A DNA stretch of 64,000 bases from an uncultured delta proteobacterium (GTDB taxonomy: Bacteria > Desulfobacterota > Desulfomonilia > UBA1062). The notes beneath the pieces are model-generated. The model was not told where the DNA came from. It worked only from the letters and a program-made list of their open reading frames with translations, and made no database searches. Shown here piece after piece: positions 62,181-64,000 of the stretch. The translations under genes and the position numbers were made by a program. The DNA is taken from contig CAWAUM010000005.1 of the NCBI GenBank assembly GCA_963785235.1, forward strand, positions 160,001-224,000, read 5' to 3'. Each line of letters opens with the position of its first letter. Positions within the stretch are counted from its first letter, which is position 1.

Positions 62181-64000
62181 TTAAAAGGCGGCTTCGATAC
62201 GTTTTTTCCGGTTGTGCCGCCTGAGCAAAACAAGCATACCAAAAAAAACCACAATCACAGGAAGTCCTGCAATATTGAAAATCTTCGCCGCAACCTTGAC
62301 CTTCTCGTCCCTGACATCCAGGGGATTGAAGGTCTGCACCTTGCTCCGCATGAGTGCGATATCTTCCCTGTTGTTCAGTACGTCGATGATATTCATGATG
62401 AGGGTTGTATTGGTATTGTCGGCCTGTTCGGATATGAGATTGTCAGAAAGCATCTCGGAAGAACCGATGATAAAGATCTTGGCCGGTTTCGAGGCTGAAA
62501 GGAAACCACCCTTTTGCTCAAGCTGGTTCGTGGTCGGCTCTTTTGGGGCATCATTACCCTTATTGTTCTCTGGATTTGCAGCAGGGCTTGTTGCATCATC
62601 AGCGGGTTTGCCAGGGATTGGCTTGTGGGCAAAATAACTCGGGAAGCTCCCCTCAATGATATAGGCAAGAGGCCTGCTTGCCATGCCCTCGCCGCCGGCA
62701 GGGGGTTTGATGAACATGGGGTTGAGCATTATCTGCCCCTTCATCTCCCATGATTTTTCGCTAGAGGAAAAGAGTTTTAAGGTCTTGAGCTTGTTGTTTT
62801 TAATCTGCTGGTCATGAAGCGTAAGGGGTGAAATCTTGTATGCTATGAACTGCTTGATGTTTTTCATGAAATCGAGCTGGCTGTTGATCTGGCCTGCTTC
62901 AATGATGGGGGCAAAATAGATGGTCTGCTCTCCGCCGCCATATTGCTCGGGGAGCCTCTGCTTGAAACAGTTTTCATCAAGCACAAGTGACTGATTTACC
63001 TTGACTCCGTAATGATCCATCAGTTTTTCAAGACCGGTATTCACCGGTACAAGCTGGCCCTGCTGCTGATAGGGGGAACCTGCCGGGGTGGGCTCCATGA
63101 AGGAGTCGAGGAAAAAAGCGAGATTTGTGCCCCTCATGAGCGCCTGGTCGATCTGGTACAGGTCGTAATCACTGAACTGTTCGGTAGGACGCACAATGAG
63201 AAGGGATGAAAGCCCCTCGGGGATGCCTTGCTTGAAGCTGATCTCTTTTATGGAATAGCTCCTGGATGCAAGGTTGGAGAAATTGCCGAGCGATGCCGGT
63301 GCTGATGGCCCGCCGTACAGGCTGAGGGTACCCCTGTCTGTCAGGTACCCCAGGTTCTCATTGATGCCGATCAACGACTCGATACCCTGTTCAAGGGCAT
63401 CTTCGATGGCGGGTGTCTCCGTGAGCTTGTACTGGGTTCCGAACAGGGGGATCTCGTATGCCTGCAGGACAGGTATCATGAACGATTTTGAGTCATATTC
63501 CGTAACCAGACCGATGATACCTGCACCTGCGGGGATTTTGCCGTCTTCAAGGGCAGGCCATTTGAGCATCATCAGGTTGTAGCTTTTGGACAAGCTTGTC
63601 ATCTCGGCTTCGGTTGACGGCTCAGAAAGGTTGAAATCCAATCTGCCGTACATGCGTGTGTTCAGGTCATCCACCACCTTCTTCACATCAGTTGAGACCT
63701 TGGGCAGGTCCTTGATACCCATTTGGGGTGCAATGGTCTGGAGGGAAGGGGAGAGATAGAGTCGCACCTTCACCTTGTTTTTCAGGTTCAATAATGCGCT
63801 GATCTTGCTGTTGAGCCTCTGTATTGAAGTGGTGAGCTTGTATTCCAAGTCCATCGGTCGTGGTAATGGTAGGTATGCGCTCCACCATGTCGCCATGGAT
63901 GATCACGAGGCCCATATAGGCCTTCTTGAATTTCATCTCATCCTTTTCAACCACCTGGATCTGCACAGGGCTGATGCCATAGTTCTGTGCCAGCTTGCGG
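62181..64000 (-). CDS. GldG-family ABC transporter auxiliary protein; 5' end outside the window, apparent +1 frameshift at ~63845
   Basis: Upstream frame (..GISPVQIQ..KKAYMGLVI..) joins LEYKLTTSI when one base is removed; YQIDQALMRG; C-terminal TM segment. Confidence 0.8.

Overview
Bacterial chromosomal window, probably from an anaerobic deltaproteobacterium-like organism (inferred from the ilvBNC-psd-pssA-leuCD and rplU-rpmA-obgE-proBA-nadD-rsfS-rlmH gene orders). Housekeeping blocks alternate with four accessory modules. (1) 13.7-25.8 kb: a putative wax-ester/neutral-lipid inclusion system: Fe-ADH fused to SCP2, ferredoxin, a fusion protein resembling cyanobacterial acyl-ACP reductase, a GAF-like/hydrolase fusion, WS/DGAT, phasin, a hydrolase, an HTH protein and an ABC1/UbiB kinase, next to glycogen phosphorylase. 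(2) 37.9-43.0 kb: an AT-richer insert between leuD and an asd-like gene, with an orphan KaiB, an unannotated 23-aa four-Cys peptide gene that has its own sigma54-type promoter, RBS and terminator, and a two-gene unit of a class I-like HMG-CoA reductase plus a stand-alone DUF2156 aminoacyl-tRNA-dependent transferase. (3) 50.3-58.7 kb: an amide/amine catabolic cluster (ald, amidohydrolase, two class III aminotransferases of which one lacks the PLP lysine, TetR, a StyC-like protein) tied together by three copies of a 16-bp operator. (4) Two candidate sRNAs: ~5.00-5.16 kb with UAS-IHF-sigma54 promoter architecture, and ~58.97-59.03 kb. Four genes are split by apparent single-base duplications, most likely sequencing errors. 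No tRNA, rRNA, CRISPR array or transposase was recognised. All calls come from motif recognition by eye; no database search was run.
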